From positions 704,001-768,000 of the forward strand of contig JAXGZN010000002.1 in assembly GCA_040776945.1 (NCBI GenBank): a DNA stretch of 64,000 nt, written 5' to 3'. The notes below the pieces were generated by a model. It saw only the letters and a program-made list of their open reading frames with translations. It ran no database searches and was not told the origin of the DNA. This DNA comes from Methanomassiliicoccaceae archaeon. Lineage in GTDB: Archaea > Thermoplasmatota > Thermoplasmata > Methanomassiliicoccales > Methanomassiliicoccaceae. The translations under genes and the position numbers were made by a program. Shown piece after piece: positions 1-10,244 of this stretch (position 1 is its first letter; the number at the start of each line of letters is the position of its first letter).

Positions 1-540
1 TGCCCTATGCTCACGAGGCCCTCATCAAGACATACGGCTGAACAGGAGCGCGCGGCGGCCAAGGGAGCTCGGCGTGCCGGTGAACCTGGACATCGGGTTA
101 AAAGAGATCGAGCTCCGCCACGGGCGGTCGCCGAAGCGGTTCAAGGCTATCGTCCCGGCGGCCGAGTGCGACGCCATCGTGGTGATCTCCAAGTTGAAGA
201 TGCACTAACCGACCGAGTTGGCCGAGATCGTAAAGAACTTATGCAGCGTATTCACCGGACCTGATAAAGAGGCCATCCGTGCCAGGCTCAGGGAACACCG
301 CCGGTTCTCCGACGCCCCGGTGGACCACATCGAACGCATGATGCCACACCTGCCGGTCATTCACAATGTGATGTCCATGCGGGATGACGGGTTGAGGTTC
401 GTGCGGACCAACGCCGCCGGCCTCAGCGCGATCTTATAAGGGGCGAGCTGCGCGTGATTCTGCCATGAAAAAGCCATATGCATCGCGAACGGCCTGTCGG
501 CGATCGGCCATGAACGGAAAGCCGAACGCTGGTTCCCACA
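1..540 (+). pseudogene. Decayed DUF362 (Fe-S) family gene, runs in from the window edge
   Basis: Manual translation CDAIVVISKLKMH*PTELAEIVKNLCSVFTGPDK resembles the DUF362 motif PKLKTH..T...KNLFG; in-frame TAA at 206-208. Confidence 0.55.
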
Positions 541-546
541 CAGGAT

Positions 547-1449
547 GTGGACCAACACGGCGATCGAACCCAAAAAGTGCCTGATGCAAGGCTCTACGAC
601 CTTGTCATCAACTGTGTCCGGGCCCTGAGCCTGGCGCCGCAGGCCCTCTCAGAAGAGGTCTTGCTCCATGAGACCCTCTTCGCGACCTTTAAGGCGGCAT
701 ATGCTCTTCCTGAGATGGGACGGATGGAGCTATATCGGATCTTCAACGAGCTGAGGGTCGACATGAGGACCCTCCTGATGGACCAGAAGGCCGAGCACCT
801 GGAGAAGCTGCTTGACAATGCCATAGAGGCAAAGGCCGCCAGGATCGGCCAGCAGCAGGAGGTGAAGGAATACCTGGTCGGCATGCTCATCTCCCGCGAC
901 AACTTCGCGCTGGAGGACCTGCTGGCGGCGATGGCCTTCCAGGGAACGAAGATCTCGCTGGAGATGCTGCTGGACGAACCGTCGGCCGACTGGTACATGA
1001 AACGGCCCATAATGGCAGAGTTCCCAACCAACGGGTTCGTGGTCGCGAGCGACATCCAGCTTAAGAAGGGCGCCAAGGCGCCAAGGATGGACGTGGCCGT
1101 GGTCAGGCGGGAGAAGGGAGATTACACCCTCTTCGGTTTCGCGGTCAACTCCAGCGCGCGGAAGGATGACGTGGCGAGGTGCTTCGCCCGTGCCGGGGGA
1201 TTCCTGGAACGCTGCGACGGCGCCTGCGTGGCCATATCGCCCATGACCTACGTGAGGCAGCACGATCTGGTCAGGGAGCTGATGGAGAAGGACCGCCGGA
1301 CCGGGGTGTGGGTGGTCAACCGGCACCGGCTCATGGCCGAGCTGCGCCCGGTGCCCGTCTTGAGCGGAAGGGACATGGACCGGTCCGAGGTGTTCCACTA
1401 CATCAACAACGCCATTAGGAGAAGGAAGGCCAAGGCCGCCGGGAAGTAA
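547..1449 (+). CDS. Hypothetical protein, possible degenerate PD-(D/E)xK-like C-terminal fold
   Basis: 300-aa ORF with host-like codon usage; RMDVAVV..FGFAVN pattern. Confidence 0.55.
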   Translation: MDQHGDRTQKVPDARLYDLVINCVRALSLAPQALSEEVLLHETLFATFKAAYALPEMGRMELYRIFNELRVDMRTLLMDQKAEHLEKLLDNAIEAKAARIGQQQEVKEYLVGMLISRDNFALEDLLAAMAFQGTKISLEMLLDEPSADWYMKRPIMAEFPTNGFVVASDIQLKKGAKAPRMDVAVVRREKGDYTLFGFAVNSSARKDDVARCFARAGGFLERCDGACVAISPMTYVRQHDLVRELMEKDRRTGVWVVNRHRLMAELRPVPVLSGRDMDRSEVFHYINNAIRRRKAKAAGK

Positions 1450-1491
1450 GCTTATTGGACCATGAGGTCCCTATCATGCCGCTGAACGCGC

Positions 1492-1773
1492 ATGAACCGG
1501 AAGCTGAGGATCGAACTGGGCAACGAGCTGGTGCTGGCCCTGGACGCCAACCCCAGCACAGGCTACTCCTGGGAAGCGGCGTTCGACGACGGGTCCCTGG
1601 CGCTGCTCAAGCAGGAGTACCGGAGCGCCTCCGACCTCATCGGCGGGGGCGGCAAGACCATTTTCACCTTCCGGCCGGTCAAGGAGGGCGTCTCCACCAT
1701 CGTCCTTAGGTACAGGAGGCCATGGGAGCCCGAGCCGATCAAGACGGTGAGCTTCGAGGTCACTGTTTCCTGA
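1492..1773 (+). CDS. Chagasin/ICP family protease inhibitor (I42)
   Basis: NPSTGYSW, GGGG and YRRPWE motifs. Confidence 0.9.
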   Translation: MNRKLRIELGNELVLALDANPSTGYSWEAAFDDGSLALLKQEYRSASDLIGGGGKTIFTFRPVKEGVSTIVLRYRRPWEPEPIKTVSFEVTVS

Positions 1774-1913
1774 GATGGCCTGCCCTTCGTACGATGATGA
1801 AGGGAGCGCCTCTTCCGCGTCCGGAGGCCGGAAACGCTCGCCGGGGGGAGCGCTGTCCTTATAGGTGTCGGCCCTGGCAGATTATTTAGCTTCGGGCCGC
1901 CAACAAGACAATC

Positions 1914-2369
1914 ATGTTCCCAATGAGATGGAAGGAAGAGCAGGCCGGGGTCGACAGGGCCCCGAAGGCCGAGCCTCCGCTAGTCGAGATGGTCCATCGC
2001 GCCATCTTCTTCAGGGAGGACGCCCTCATGAAGGACAATCCTGACGCCCGGATCGACATAGAGCTTCAGGACAGCGAGCCTAGGGCCATCCTATGGTTGG
2101 TCGCGCCAGGCGGGAAGGTGTTGAGCAAGGAGTTCGTGGAAACGGCGTTTTCCGCCGACAAGGAAGGAAGGGACGAGGAGTACATCGATGCGGCAAGGCG
2201 CTACGGAAGCATCGCCGTGCACTATCCAGGAATGCTGATGACAAAGGAGCATGTGATCCGCCGACTGGCCGACCTCTGGGTCAAGATCGGGGACCGGAAC
2301 GTGCAAGAGAAAGCGATCATCAAGGGCTTCCTGTACGATAGCGGCGGAAGGCCGATGCTGGAGGTGTGA
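1914..2369 (+). CDS. Hypothetical protein
   Basis: 151-aa ORF, host-like codon usage, AT-rich box upstream. Confidence 0.6.
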   Translation: MFPMRWKEEQAGVDRAPKAEPPLVEMVHRAIFFREDALMKDNPDARIDIELQDSEPRAILWLVAPGGKVLSKEFVETAFSADKEGRDEEYIDAARRYGSIAVHYPGMLMTKEHVIRRLADLWVKIGDRNVQEKAIIKGFLYDSGGRPMLEV

Positions 2370-2411
2370 TCATAACCTTCTCGAAGGCATCGGGCGTCCA
2401 GAAGCTCGGGG

Positions 2412-2909
2412 TCATACTCCGGGCGGGGCGCCGATCGATGTGATGACGCTGCGGGCGAACTCCTTGGACCGAGAAAGGCTGCCCGGGGCCAGCGGGCCCC
2501 TGATGCCGGTGACCTCGACGCGCAGCATGTCCGGATAGGGGCTCAGTCCCCTCTTCTCGGCCAGGGCCCTCATCCGGGGAGCGGCCCCGTTCTCCGTCCA
2601 CTTGGCCATGCGCTCCCTCTGCCTCTCGTCCTCCGGCAGGCGCATGACCGTATCGAACACCACCACTGGCCTCGTGGACCATCGCTCCCTCTTCAGGCGC
2701 TTCAAGAACCTCTTGGCCCGGCCGGTCATCCGGCCGTTCCTGGTGGGGGAACCGATGAACGCGATGTCGGCCTCCGCTCCGCGGGGCACCCGAAGGCCGA
2801 GGTCGATGACCTCCACCTCGAGCCCCATCTCCCTCAGCTCCTCGGCGATGGCCTCCGCCACCCTCATGGTGTTCTTGAACACGCTGTCGAACGCCACCAC
2901 TCCTTTCAT
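2412..2909 (-). CDS. Flavodoxin-like protein
   Basis: FDSVFKNTMRVAEAIAE and IGSPT motifs; start placed at MKGVV. Confidence 0.8.
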   Translation of the reverse strand: MKGVVAFDSVFKNTMRVAEAIAEELREMGLEVEVIDLGLRVPRGAEADIAFIGSPTRNGRMTGRAKRFLKRLKRERWSTRPVVVFDTVMRLPEDERQRERMAKWTENGAAPRMRALAEKRGLSPYPDMLRVEVTGIRGPLAPGSLSRSKEFARSVITSIGAPPGV

Positions 2910-3040
2910 GCGCACCCTCTGCAGCGTCGCTATCTCCAACCTCATCTAAGAACGTGACGATTGCCGGTGGACCCGCGCGATGGGCGGAGAAGGCCACACC
3001 GGCAAAAGGATAAACAGGACCGCGCCCATTCCCGGCCCTC

Positions 3041-3883
3041 ATGCTGTCAATAAAGACCGTCAACATACCGTTCAAGGTCCCCGTCGCCCCGGGCCGGGCG
3101 CTGGACCGCTCCGTCAACGTTTTCGTCATCGAGGGCGAGGACCTCGTCCTTGTGGACTCAGGGGTCAAAGGTTCGGAGAAGCTCATATTCCAACAGGTCC
3201 GGGCCATGGGGCGGCGGCCGAACGAGATCAAGAGGCTCGTCCTGACCCATTCCCATCCGGAACACATCGGGGCGGCGCCGGAGATCGTTGCCGCCACTGG
3301 ATGCCAGGTCCTCGCCCACCGGGCCGAGAGGGCCTGGATCGAGGTCCCTTCCATGCAGAACAAGCAAAGGCCGTTCCCCGGCTTCGATTCCTTGGTCTCC
3401 GGCCCGGTGAGGATAGACCGGACCGTCGCGGACGGGGACAGCATAGGCATCGCCGGGCAGAACATCAAGGTGGTCCACACTCCCGGCCATTCTCCCGGCT
3501 CCATTACCCTGTGGTCACCGGCGGAGAGGGTCGCCATAACCGGGGACGCCGTGCCGGTCCCCGGCATGCTCCCGGTCTATGATGACGCGTTCGATGCTCT
3601 GGGCTCTCTCCGCCGGCTGCGGACGCTGGGCATGGACATCATGCTGTCCTCCTGGGATGACATGCTGGAAGGGCAGGAGATCAACAGGCGCCTGGATGCC
3701 GCGATGCTCTTGGTACAGACGGTCCACCGCTCGGTGGTGCGCAGCTCGAACGGCATGGAGGTCACGCCCGCGCTTCTGGAGGCCGTGGCCAGGGACATCG
3801 GGGTGCCTGACGGGGCGGCCGATCCCATGCTGGCCCGAACCGTGCTTTCGCACCTCCGGTACAAGCACAACGTGTCCAGGTGA
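3041..3883 (+). CDS. Metallo-beta-lactamase fold hydrolase
   Basis: THSHPEHIG, HTPGHSPG and TGD motifs. Confidence 0.9.
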   Translation: MLSIKTVNIPFKVPVAPGRALDRSVNVFVIEGEDLVLVDSGVKGSEKLIFQQVRAMGRRPNEIKRLVLTHSHPEHIGAAPEIVAATGCQVLAHRAERAWIEVPSMQNKQRPFPGFDSLVSGPVRIDRTVADGDSIGIAGQNIKVVHTPGHSPGSITLWSPAERVAITGDAVPVPGMLPVYDDAFDALGSLRRLRTLGMDIMLSSWDDMLEGQEINRRLDAAMLLVQTVHRSVVRSSNGMEVTPALLEAVARDIGVPDGAADPMLARTVLSHLRYKHNVSR

Positions 3884-3884
3884 C

Positions 3885-5246
3885 CTAGATGATCTTCCGG
3901 CCCAGCTCCGCTTCCGCCCGGGCGATGGTGCGGTCCACCATCTCCGGGGCCTTGCCCAGGTAGTTGTCCGGCTCCATGACCGCCTCAAGCTCTTTAGCTG
4001 AAAGGAGCTTCTTGACCGTGCTGTTGGCCTTCAAGGCCTCCTTGAGCCCCTTTCCCTCGGCCTCGGCCGCCATGCTCACATTGCGGACGAGCTCGTGCGC
4101 CTCCTGCCTTCCCAGGCCTTTGTTCGCCAGGGCAAGGAGGACAGCTTCGGCCATGATGAAACCGTTGGCCGACTCGATGTTCCGGCGCATGTTCTGCTTG
4201 TTCACGGTCAGGTTGGCGAACACTTCGTTCATCTTTGCCAGGATGTCGTCGGTGAGCACCGCAACGTGAGGGAGGATGAACCGCTCGGCCGAGGAGTTCG
4301 ACAGGTCCCGCTCGTGCCAAAGGACCATGCACTCCATCTGCGGGGCGAGATAGGACCGCACGACCCGCGCCAGTCCGGAGACGTTCTCCGAGAGCATGGG
4401 GTTCTTCTTCTGGGCCATGGTGGACGATCCGACCTGCTTCTTGGCATCGAAGGCCTCGGCGATCTCGCCGATCTCGGAGCGCTGCAGGTTCCGCACCTCG
4501 GTGGCATAGCGCTCGCATGAGGTGGAGATGAGGCCAAGCTCGAAGACCAGCTCTGCGTAGCGGTCGCGGCATACCAGCTGGGTCGCCGCCTCCTCCTGCC
4601 CCAGGCCCAGGTCCTTCATGACCAGGTCCTGGATCCGGAAGAACCTGTCCCCGAAGCCGGCCCCGGTGCCGATGGCCCCGGACATCTTGCCCACGCATAC
4701 CCGGGGGCGGATCTCCATGATCCGCTGCCGATGCCTCAGCAGCTCGGAGATGTAGCCGGCCAGCTTGAAGCCCAGTGTCGTGGGTATGGCGAACTGGCCG
4801 TGGGTGCGCCCCATCATGACCGTCCTCCTGTGCTTGAAGGCCAGGGCGGACATGGTGATGATAAGGCCGTCGAGGTCCCGCTCGATGATGTCCAGAGCGC
4901 TCTTGAACCCGAGCGCCGCGGCGGTGTCCACGATGTCATTGGAAGTGGCGCCGAGATGCACATAGCGTCCGGCATCCCCGCACTGCTCCGCAATGGCGGT
5001 GACCATGGCCATTACGTCGTGCTTCATCTCGGCCTCGATGGCCTTTACCCGTTCCAACCTGACGATCTCGGGGCGGCACTTCGCAGAGATGACCTCCGCC
5101 GCCTCCGCGGGGATGTTGCCTACCTCGGCATGCGCCCGGGCGAGGGCCGCCTCCACAAGCAGCTGAGCGCTAAGGCGGCTCTCCTCGGAGAACAGCGCCT
5201 TCATCTCCTTTCTTCCATAGCGATAATCAAGGGGACAGATGAGCAT
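3885..5246 (-). CDS. purB: Adenylosuccinate lyase
   Basis: HLGATSNDI, GRTHGQ and GSSTMAQKKNP signature. Confidence 0.97.
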   Translation of the reverse strand: MLICPLDYRYGRKEMKALFSEESRLSAQLLVEAALARAHAEVGNIPAEAAEVISAKCRPEIVRLERVKAIEAEMKHDVMAMVTAIAEQCGDAGRYVHLGATSNDIVDTAAALGFKSALDIIERDLDGLIITMSALAFKHRRTVMMGRTHGQFAIPTTLGFKLAGYISELLRHRQRIMEIRPRVCVGKMSGAIGTGAGFGDRFFRIQDLVMKDLGLGQEEAATQLVCRDRYAELVFELGLISTSCERYATEVRNLQRSEIGEIAEAFDAKKQVGSSTMAQKKNPMLSENVSGLARVVRSYLAPQMECMVLWHERDLSNSSAERFILPHVAVLTDDILAKMNEVFANLTVNKQNMRRNIESANGFIMAEAVLLALANKGLGRQEAHELVRNVSMAAEAEGKGLKEALKANSTVKKLLSAKELEAVMEPDNYLGKAPEMVDRTIARAEAELGRKII

Positions 5247-5454
5247 AATGGACCCATGGATAAAAGCCGGCCGATTTATAACTATTCCATAACGGGTGCT
5301 CCCCGCCGCCGGAGCCGCCGTCGAACCCGCGGAAAAAACCGGCCCTCCTGGACATGATCGCCGGCATGGCGCATCGCGTGCGCGGAGCCTGAGCGGAAAT
5401 CCTTTATAGTGATATGGTTAATATTGACGCCAGCGTATATTGTGAGATGAGAAG

Positions 5455-7077
5455 ATGCCGTTCTCCCTGACCTCTGAGAGACAACGGGGAAAGGTCCCCC
5501 AGGTACTGCTAGACTTCATGCGAGCACCGGGAGGGCACTCGCTCATGCTCAAGGGCGACGCTGGTACAGGAAAGACCACCTTGGCCCTTCAGGTGATCGA
5601 GGAGCTTGCTGACGAGCAGCCCGATTATTACCTGTCCACGCGGGTATCGGACGAGGCGCTGTTCCGCCAGTTCCCATGGGCACGGGACCGGGCCAAGAGG
5701 GACAATATCCTGAAGGCGGGGAAGGCCTTCCTCAGAAGGAGCAAGGAGATCCAGCCGGGGGCCGGGGACTCATCGGCCGCCGAGCACCTCACGCTCCTCG
5801 CGGCCAAGGACCTCCTCAAGGTGCTGAACAAGCAGGAACAGTCGCCGTCGGTGGTGCGCTCTGAGCTGCAGAGGCTGGAAGGCCAGGTGGAGGCCGGAGA
5901 GGTCGGGGGAGAGGGCGAGGACGGCTTCACCGGAGAGATAACCCAGGACGAGATCACTCTGGACCTTGGCATTATCCTCCCGGAGCTGGAGGTCGCCTAT
6001 GACCTGGCAGAGTCGAACCTGCCGAGAAAGACCCTGATAGTGGTCGATTCGATAAACGCTCTCTCGGAAAGGTACGGCATTAGCGCGGAGAGGATCATCA
6101 ACACCCTTCAGAAGGACCTTGTGGAGAACTCAGGGACCAACATCATCTACACGCTCGAAGAGGCAGGGAAGACCGGCCTGGACTACCTGGGGGACGGGGT
6201 CATCCAGCTCGAGTCCGGCGACATAGACGGCCGCAGGATAAGGCAGATGGTGATCGAGAAGCTCAGAGGGGTCTCCGTGGAGCAGTGGAAGTACTACCTC
6301 ACGCTCACAGGCGGCCGCATGTCGGTCTTCGAGCCCACCTGGGTCAAGATACCGGAGCACATGCAGAAGCACGCGGCGGTTAAGGACCCGACCTCCAGGA
6401 CCGTGTCCTCCGGCAACTTCTATATGGACCAGTACCTCGGCGGCCTGCCCAAAGGCTCCCTGGTCCTCTGGGAGTTCGATCTGGATGTCCACCTCGACGT
6501 GGTCCGCTGCCTTGAGCTGGGGGTCATGAGCGATTTCCTGGAGAAGGGGCGCGGAGTTGTATGGCTTCCGACCTATGCGACCGACTACTCCGTCATAGAG
6601 GAGCAGATGCGCATGCTGGTAGGGACCGGACCGTTGGCCAAGAGCTTCCGCATTCTGGACACCGAGGCCGGGCAGGAGCAGAGCTATCCCTTCTTGACCG
6701 CCATCGAGGGGGAGAACGCCGGGCAGGACCTTCGAATGTCCCAGATCAAGTACATGCTGGGCGATTCCGCTGCACCATACCTGAGCGTGCTGGGGTACGA
6801 CGCCATGGAGGGAGTGTACGGCTCGGGAGTGTTCAGGCAGACTCTGGCCCATATAGACGCGATGAGGCGGGCCGGACATGTCGTGGTGGCCATCGCCTCG
6901 GCGATGTCGCAGTCCCTCCCCATGCTCCGGGAGCAGGCCAAGATCCATCTTCGCTTCAAGAACATGGCCGGATGCGTAATGCTCGCGGGCATGAAGCCTC
7001 ATACCCCGTACTATTACCTTGACTTCTCCGGCTCCGCGGACAAGCTTCCCGCGCCCAGGCTGATACCGATGATCTAG
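5455..7077 (+). CDS. GvpD-like / KaiC-RecA superfamily P-loop ATPase with degenerate second domain
   Basis: Walker A GDAGTGKTT, VVDS Walker B, DYLGDGVI and IEKLRG; second RecA-like domain lacks Walker A. Confidence 0.85.
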   Translation: MPFSLTSERQRGKVPQVLLDFMRAPGGHSLMLKGDAGTGKTTLALQVIEELADEQPDYYLSTRVSDEALFRQFPWARDRAKRDNILKAGKAFLRRSKEIQPGAGDSSAAEHLTLLAAKDLLKVLNKQEQSPSVVRSELQRLEGQVEAGEVGGEGEDGFTGEITQDEITLDLGIILPELEVAYDLAESNLPRKTLIVVDSINALSERYGISAERIINTLQKDLVENSGTNIIYTLEEAGKTGLDYLGDGVIQLESGDIDGRRIRQMVIEKLRGVSVEQWKYYLTLTGGRMSVFEPTWVKIPEHMQKHAAVKDPTSRTVSSGNFYMDQYLGGLPKGSLVLWEFDLDVHLDVVRCLELGVMSDFLEKGRGVVWLPTYATDYSVIEEQMRMLVGTGPLAKSFRILDTEAGQEQSYPFLTAIEGENAGQDLRMSQIKYMLGDSAAPYLSVLGYDAMEGVYGSGVFRQTLAHIDAMRRAGHVVVAIASAMSQSLPMLREQAKIHLRFKNMAGCVMLAGMKPHTPYYYLDFSGSADKLPAPRLIPMI

Positions 7078-7235
7078 GGACCATCGGAGCCCTTCCTCTC
7101 CTTCTCTCCATGCTGGAGTTCCGGGAGAGAGGGAGGCCTATTAAAATATTGCCGTCAGATGCGTATTCGATACAGAAATCGGGAATCGAGAACCAGAAAA
7201 AAGGCCGTTTCGGGGGTCGATATATCATGACGCGT

Positions 7236-7290
7236 TCAATATCTGGATAGATATTGATGAAATAATTAAAATAATATCAGCACTGATATT
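7236..7290. promoter_or_regulatory. Two copies of the palindromic operator AATATC-N6-GATATT upstream of a TATA box
   Basis: tcAATATCtggataGATATTga (7236-7257) and AATATCagcactGATATT (7273-7290); TTTAATA at ~7305. Confidence 0.6.
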
Positions 7291-7330
7291 TTTATGCGAA
7301 TAACTTTAATAACCCCGACAATTCCTCAGC

Positions 7331-7699
7331 ATGATGGAAGGGAACGAGTTCCGTGATGAGGAGTTGTCGCGGCTCATATCCGACGAGTATGCCAGTAAGA
7401 TACTCAGTGCCACGTACAGGCACCCGATGTCGGTACAGCAGCTCAGCCGCGAGTGTGGCATCCCCATCGCCGTCGCCTACAGGAGGGTGGCCAAGATGGA
7501 GGAGCATGGGCTGGTGAAGTGCGTCGGCTATGAGGAGGTGTACCGCGGTAAGAAGGTCTCCTACTACGAGTGCGCGATCAACATGGCCAAGGTGACCTTC
7601 GAGGGCGGCAAGTTCGACGTGGAGGTCGATTTCCTGCCAGAGACCGAATTCTCTCACGTGGGCCCTCCGCCGGTGATCGGTGAAGGAGAGGATGCGTGA
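7331..7699 (+). CDS. Winged-helix (ArsR-like) transcription regulator
   Basis: SVQQLSRECGIPIAVAYRRVAKM HTH. Confidence 0.85.
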   Translation: MMEGNEFRDEELSRLISDEYASKILSATYRHPMSVQQLSRECGIPIAVAYRRVAKMEEHGLVKCVGYEEVYRGKKVSYYECAINMAKVTFEGGKFDVEVDFLPETEFSHVGPPPVIGEGEDA

Positions 7700-7846
7700 A
7701 CCGAAAGGCCTAAATTGTCAGTCCCTAGATGATCAGGGTGTTAAACAAAATCATTAAAATTCAACAAGGCTTTCCCCCTTCCAAGGGGGATGGGTTCTCT
7801 GGACGGTACGGGACAACGACAATTTAATATAAAGTCCATATCCCCA

Positions 7847-8287
7847 ATGATGGGAGATGATGAGGGGATTGGAATAGACATTCTTCGGGTATCGCAGCTG
7901 CTGACCGACGAATATTCCATCAAGATACTTGTGGCCACGGTACGCCAGCCTAAATCGGCCCAGGACATCGCGGCCAAGTATGGGATCCCTATCGCCGCTA
8001 CATATCGCCGCATAAAGGACCTTGAGGCCGCCGGCCTTTTGGTGTGCCAGGAAAGGAGATTGTCCCAGCAGGGAAAGCGGGTATCATACTATCTATCGAT
8101 GCTCAAGAACGCTTACGTCTTCTTCGAGGACGGGACGCTAAAGGTGAAGTTCCAGCTCAAGACCGGCGGGGCCGACCGCTTCGGCGATGAATGGCATGAG
8201 GTCCAGCTGGAGCCCGGCAAGCCTGACGGAAAGAGCAATGGAGGCAATAGCAGCAGGAAGGAAGGCAAAGAGGACGAAAACCAATAG
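7847..8287 (+). CDS. Winged-helix transcription regulator, paralog of the upstream gene
   Basis: DEYSIKIL..SAQDIAAKYGIPIAATYRRIKDL; own TATA at ~7823. Confidence 0.85.
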   Translation: MMGDDEGIGIDILRVSQLLTDEYSIKILVATVRQPKSAQDIAAKYGIPIAATYRRIKDLEAAGLLVCQERRLSQQGKRVSYYLSMLKNAYVFFEDGTLKVKFQLKTGGADRFGDEWHEVQLEPGKPDGKSNGGNSSRKEGKEDENQ

Positions 8288-8395
8288 CTGGCCCAAGACG
8301 GCCCCTGACCCAAAAAATAGCAAATATTATAAGCAAGCGTCAGTATGCCCATTATCGCCAAGCAATTTTATTCGCTTGCTATTGAGTGTGAACGT

Positions 8396-9265
8396 ATGAC
8401 TGAACTCTTGGAGGAGCTCGAACAAAAGCGCCAACTCCATAACGTCGAGGCCGAGAGGCACAGGAAGGCCCGCGACGAACTGAATGAGAAGACCAGGGAA
8501 TGGGTTGAGAAGAGAGATGCCCTGAACGCGAAGGTCAGGGAGCTAGTTGACAAGGCCGCCAAGCACCGCGAGGCCAGGGACCAGCTGAACGTCAAGGTCC
8601 GGGAATCGAAGGAGCATAGGGACAAGTGGAACAAACTGGTCAACGAGCTGAACGAGAAGGTCACCAAGATCAAGAAGGAGAACCTTCCCAAGAACGGCCC
8701 CCCGGTCTCCAAGCTTAAGAAGGAGCTCAAGGCCCTTGAGTTCAAGCAGATGACGTCCGTGCTCACCAAGGACAAGGAGCAGGAGCTCATAGAGCAGATG
8801 GGCCATCTGCAGGCGCAGATAAAGGAGCGCGAGAAGGCCTACGACCAGAACGAAGAGGTCAAGAACGCCATAAAGGAACTTCGGGAGGCAAAGGACCAGG
8901 CCGAGGCGTTCCACCGCTCCGTGTCCGAATCCGCCGAGAAGGCCCAGGCCGAACATGATGCCATGATCGACCTCTATGAGGAGGCCGATGCCCTGAGGAA
9001 GGAGGCCGACAGCGCCCAGGAGTCGTTCATCGCCAACAAGGTCAACGCCGACGAGGAGCACAAGAAGCATATCGAGAACATCCGTCAGGTGCATGACTAC
9101 GACAAGATCATCGCCGGCATGAGGCAGAAGGCCAGGAAGGCCAAGAAGAAGGATGACGAGGCCTCGGCCAAAGAGGAGGCGGAGAAGATCTTCGACCGGT
9201 TCAAGGCCGGGGAGAAGCTCAGCACCGAGGACCTGATGGCCCTCCAGAAGTCTGGCTATCTATAG
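8396..9265 (+). CDS. Archaeal coiled-coil protein (COG1340 type)
   Basis: Long heptad coiled coil ending FKAGEKLSTEDLMALQ. Confidence 0.85.
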   Translation: MTELLEELEQKRQLHNVEAERHRKARDELNEKTREWVEKRDALNAKVRELVDKAAKHREARDQLNVKVRESKEHRDKWNKLVNELNEKVTKIKKENLPKNGPPVSKLKKELKALEFKQMTSVLTKDKEQELIEQMGHLQAQIKEREKAYDQNEEVKNAIKELREAKDQAEAFHRSVSESAEKAQAEHDAMIDLYEEADALRKEADSAQESFIANKVNADEEHKKHIENIRQVHDYDKIIAGMRQKARKAKKKDDEASAKEEAEKIFDRFKAGEKLSTEDLMALQKSGYL

Positions 9266-9356
9266 ACCATTCCAAACCCCTTATCCTTTCATCTTTCTCT
9301 GTCTATATTATTCGAAATTCCTGACATAAGCTATATATACACTAGAGATAATATTA

Positions 9357-9436
9357 GGAACGGGAAGCGTTGGGCTAGTTTACAGAGTGCATCCCATCCC
9401 TTCTGACAGAGCTAGCCCTTCCCACTTCCTTTTTTT
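9357..9436 (+). ncRNA. Candidate small structured RNA
   Basis: TATA (TATATATA ~9332), nested stems GGAA/TTCC, GGGAAG/CTTCCC, GGGCTAG/CTAGCCC and CAGA/TCTG, then a T7 tract. Confidence 0.45.
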
Positions 9437-9482
9437 GTCCGGTCCTGTTTCGCGGATATTATCCCGCGATGGAAGTGGCCTC

Positions 9483-10208
9483 ATGAGCGTTGAGCTGCGG
9501 TGGTTCCCCCAATCGTTCGTCCAACTGCGCACGGAGGAGCTGACGATGCATATCGACCCGTCGATGGCCTCGACCTTCCTGGACATCGTGAGGCTGTCGT
9601 TCCCGCCCCACGGGGCCAACGCCAAGCTCCCTCCGGGGATAGGTCCCGGAGGACTGGTGCTGGTCACCCATCCGCACCCGGACCATCTCGCGCCTGGAAC
9701 GGCCTCCCTGCTGACCGGAAAGGACGGCATCGTCCTGGCACCGGAGAGCTGCCGCCGAAAGCTGCGCGGCCATATGTCCGCCGTGGCCCCGGGCGACCGG
9801 AGAACGGTGAGAGGGGCGGAGATCAGGGTCGTGGAGACATACAATCCGGAAGGGACCAGGAGGATGACCTATCATCCGCGCGGGACCGGCGTCGGCTATC
9901 TTGTCAACATCGGAGGCGTCACCGCCTATCACGCCGGGGACACCGGACTGATAGAGGACATGAGAACGCTGGGCGAGGTTGACGTCGCCCTGCTGCCCAT
10001 AGGCGGCAGGTTCACCATGGACATCGCCGAGGCGGCCGAGGCGGCGGAGATCATTGCCCCCCGGACGGTCGTCCCGATGCATCGCCTGAGGGCCGATGCG
10101 CAGAGGTTCAGGCAGGAGGTCGAGCGCCGTTGCGGTTCCGAGGTCCGGGTCCTCGGTCCAGGAGAGCCTCTCGGCCTGGGAGGCCGGGACGGGGACAACA
10201 AGATTTAA
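9483..10208 (+). CDS. MBL-fold metallohydrolase (UPF0173-like)
   Basis: THPHPDH, YHAGDT, LLPIGGRFTM and PMH motifs. Confidence 0.9.
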   Translation: MSVELRWFPQSFVQLRTEELTMHIDPSMASTFLDIVRLSFPPHGANAKLPPGIGPGGLVLVTHPHPDHLAPGTASLLTGKDGIVLAPESCRRKLRGHMSAVAPGDRRTVRGAEIRVVETYNPEGTRRMTYHPRGTGVGYLVNIGGVTAYHAGDTGLIEDMRTLGEVDVALLPIGGRFTMDIAEAAEAAEIIAPRTVVPMHRLRADAQRFRQEVERRCGSEVRVLGPGEPLGLGGRDGDNKI

Positions 10209-10244
10209 AACGCTCATCCGCTCTCAACTACCCAGGTTACTGAG

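Noticed and set aside
5455-7077. Gas vesicle cluster
   Set aside because: Only a GvpD-like ATPase; no gvpA/J/N-type genes in the window
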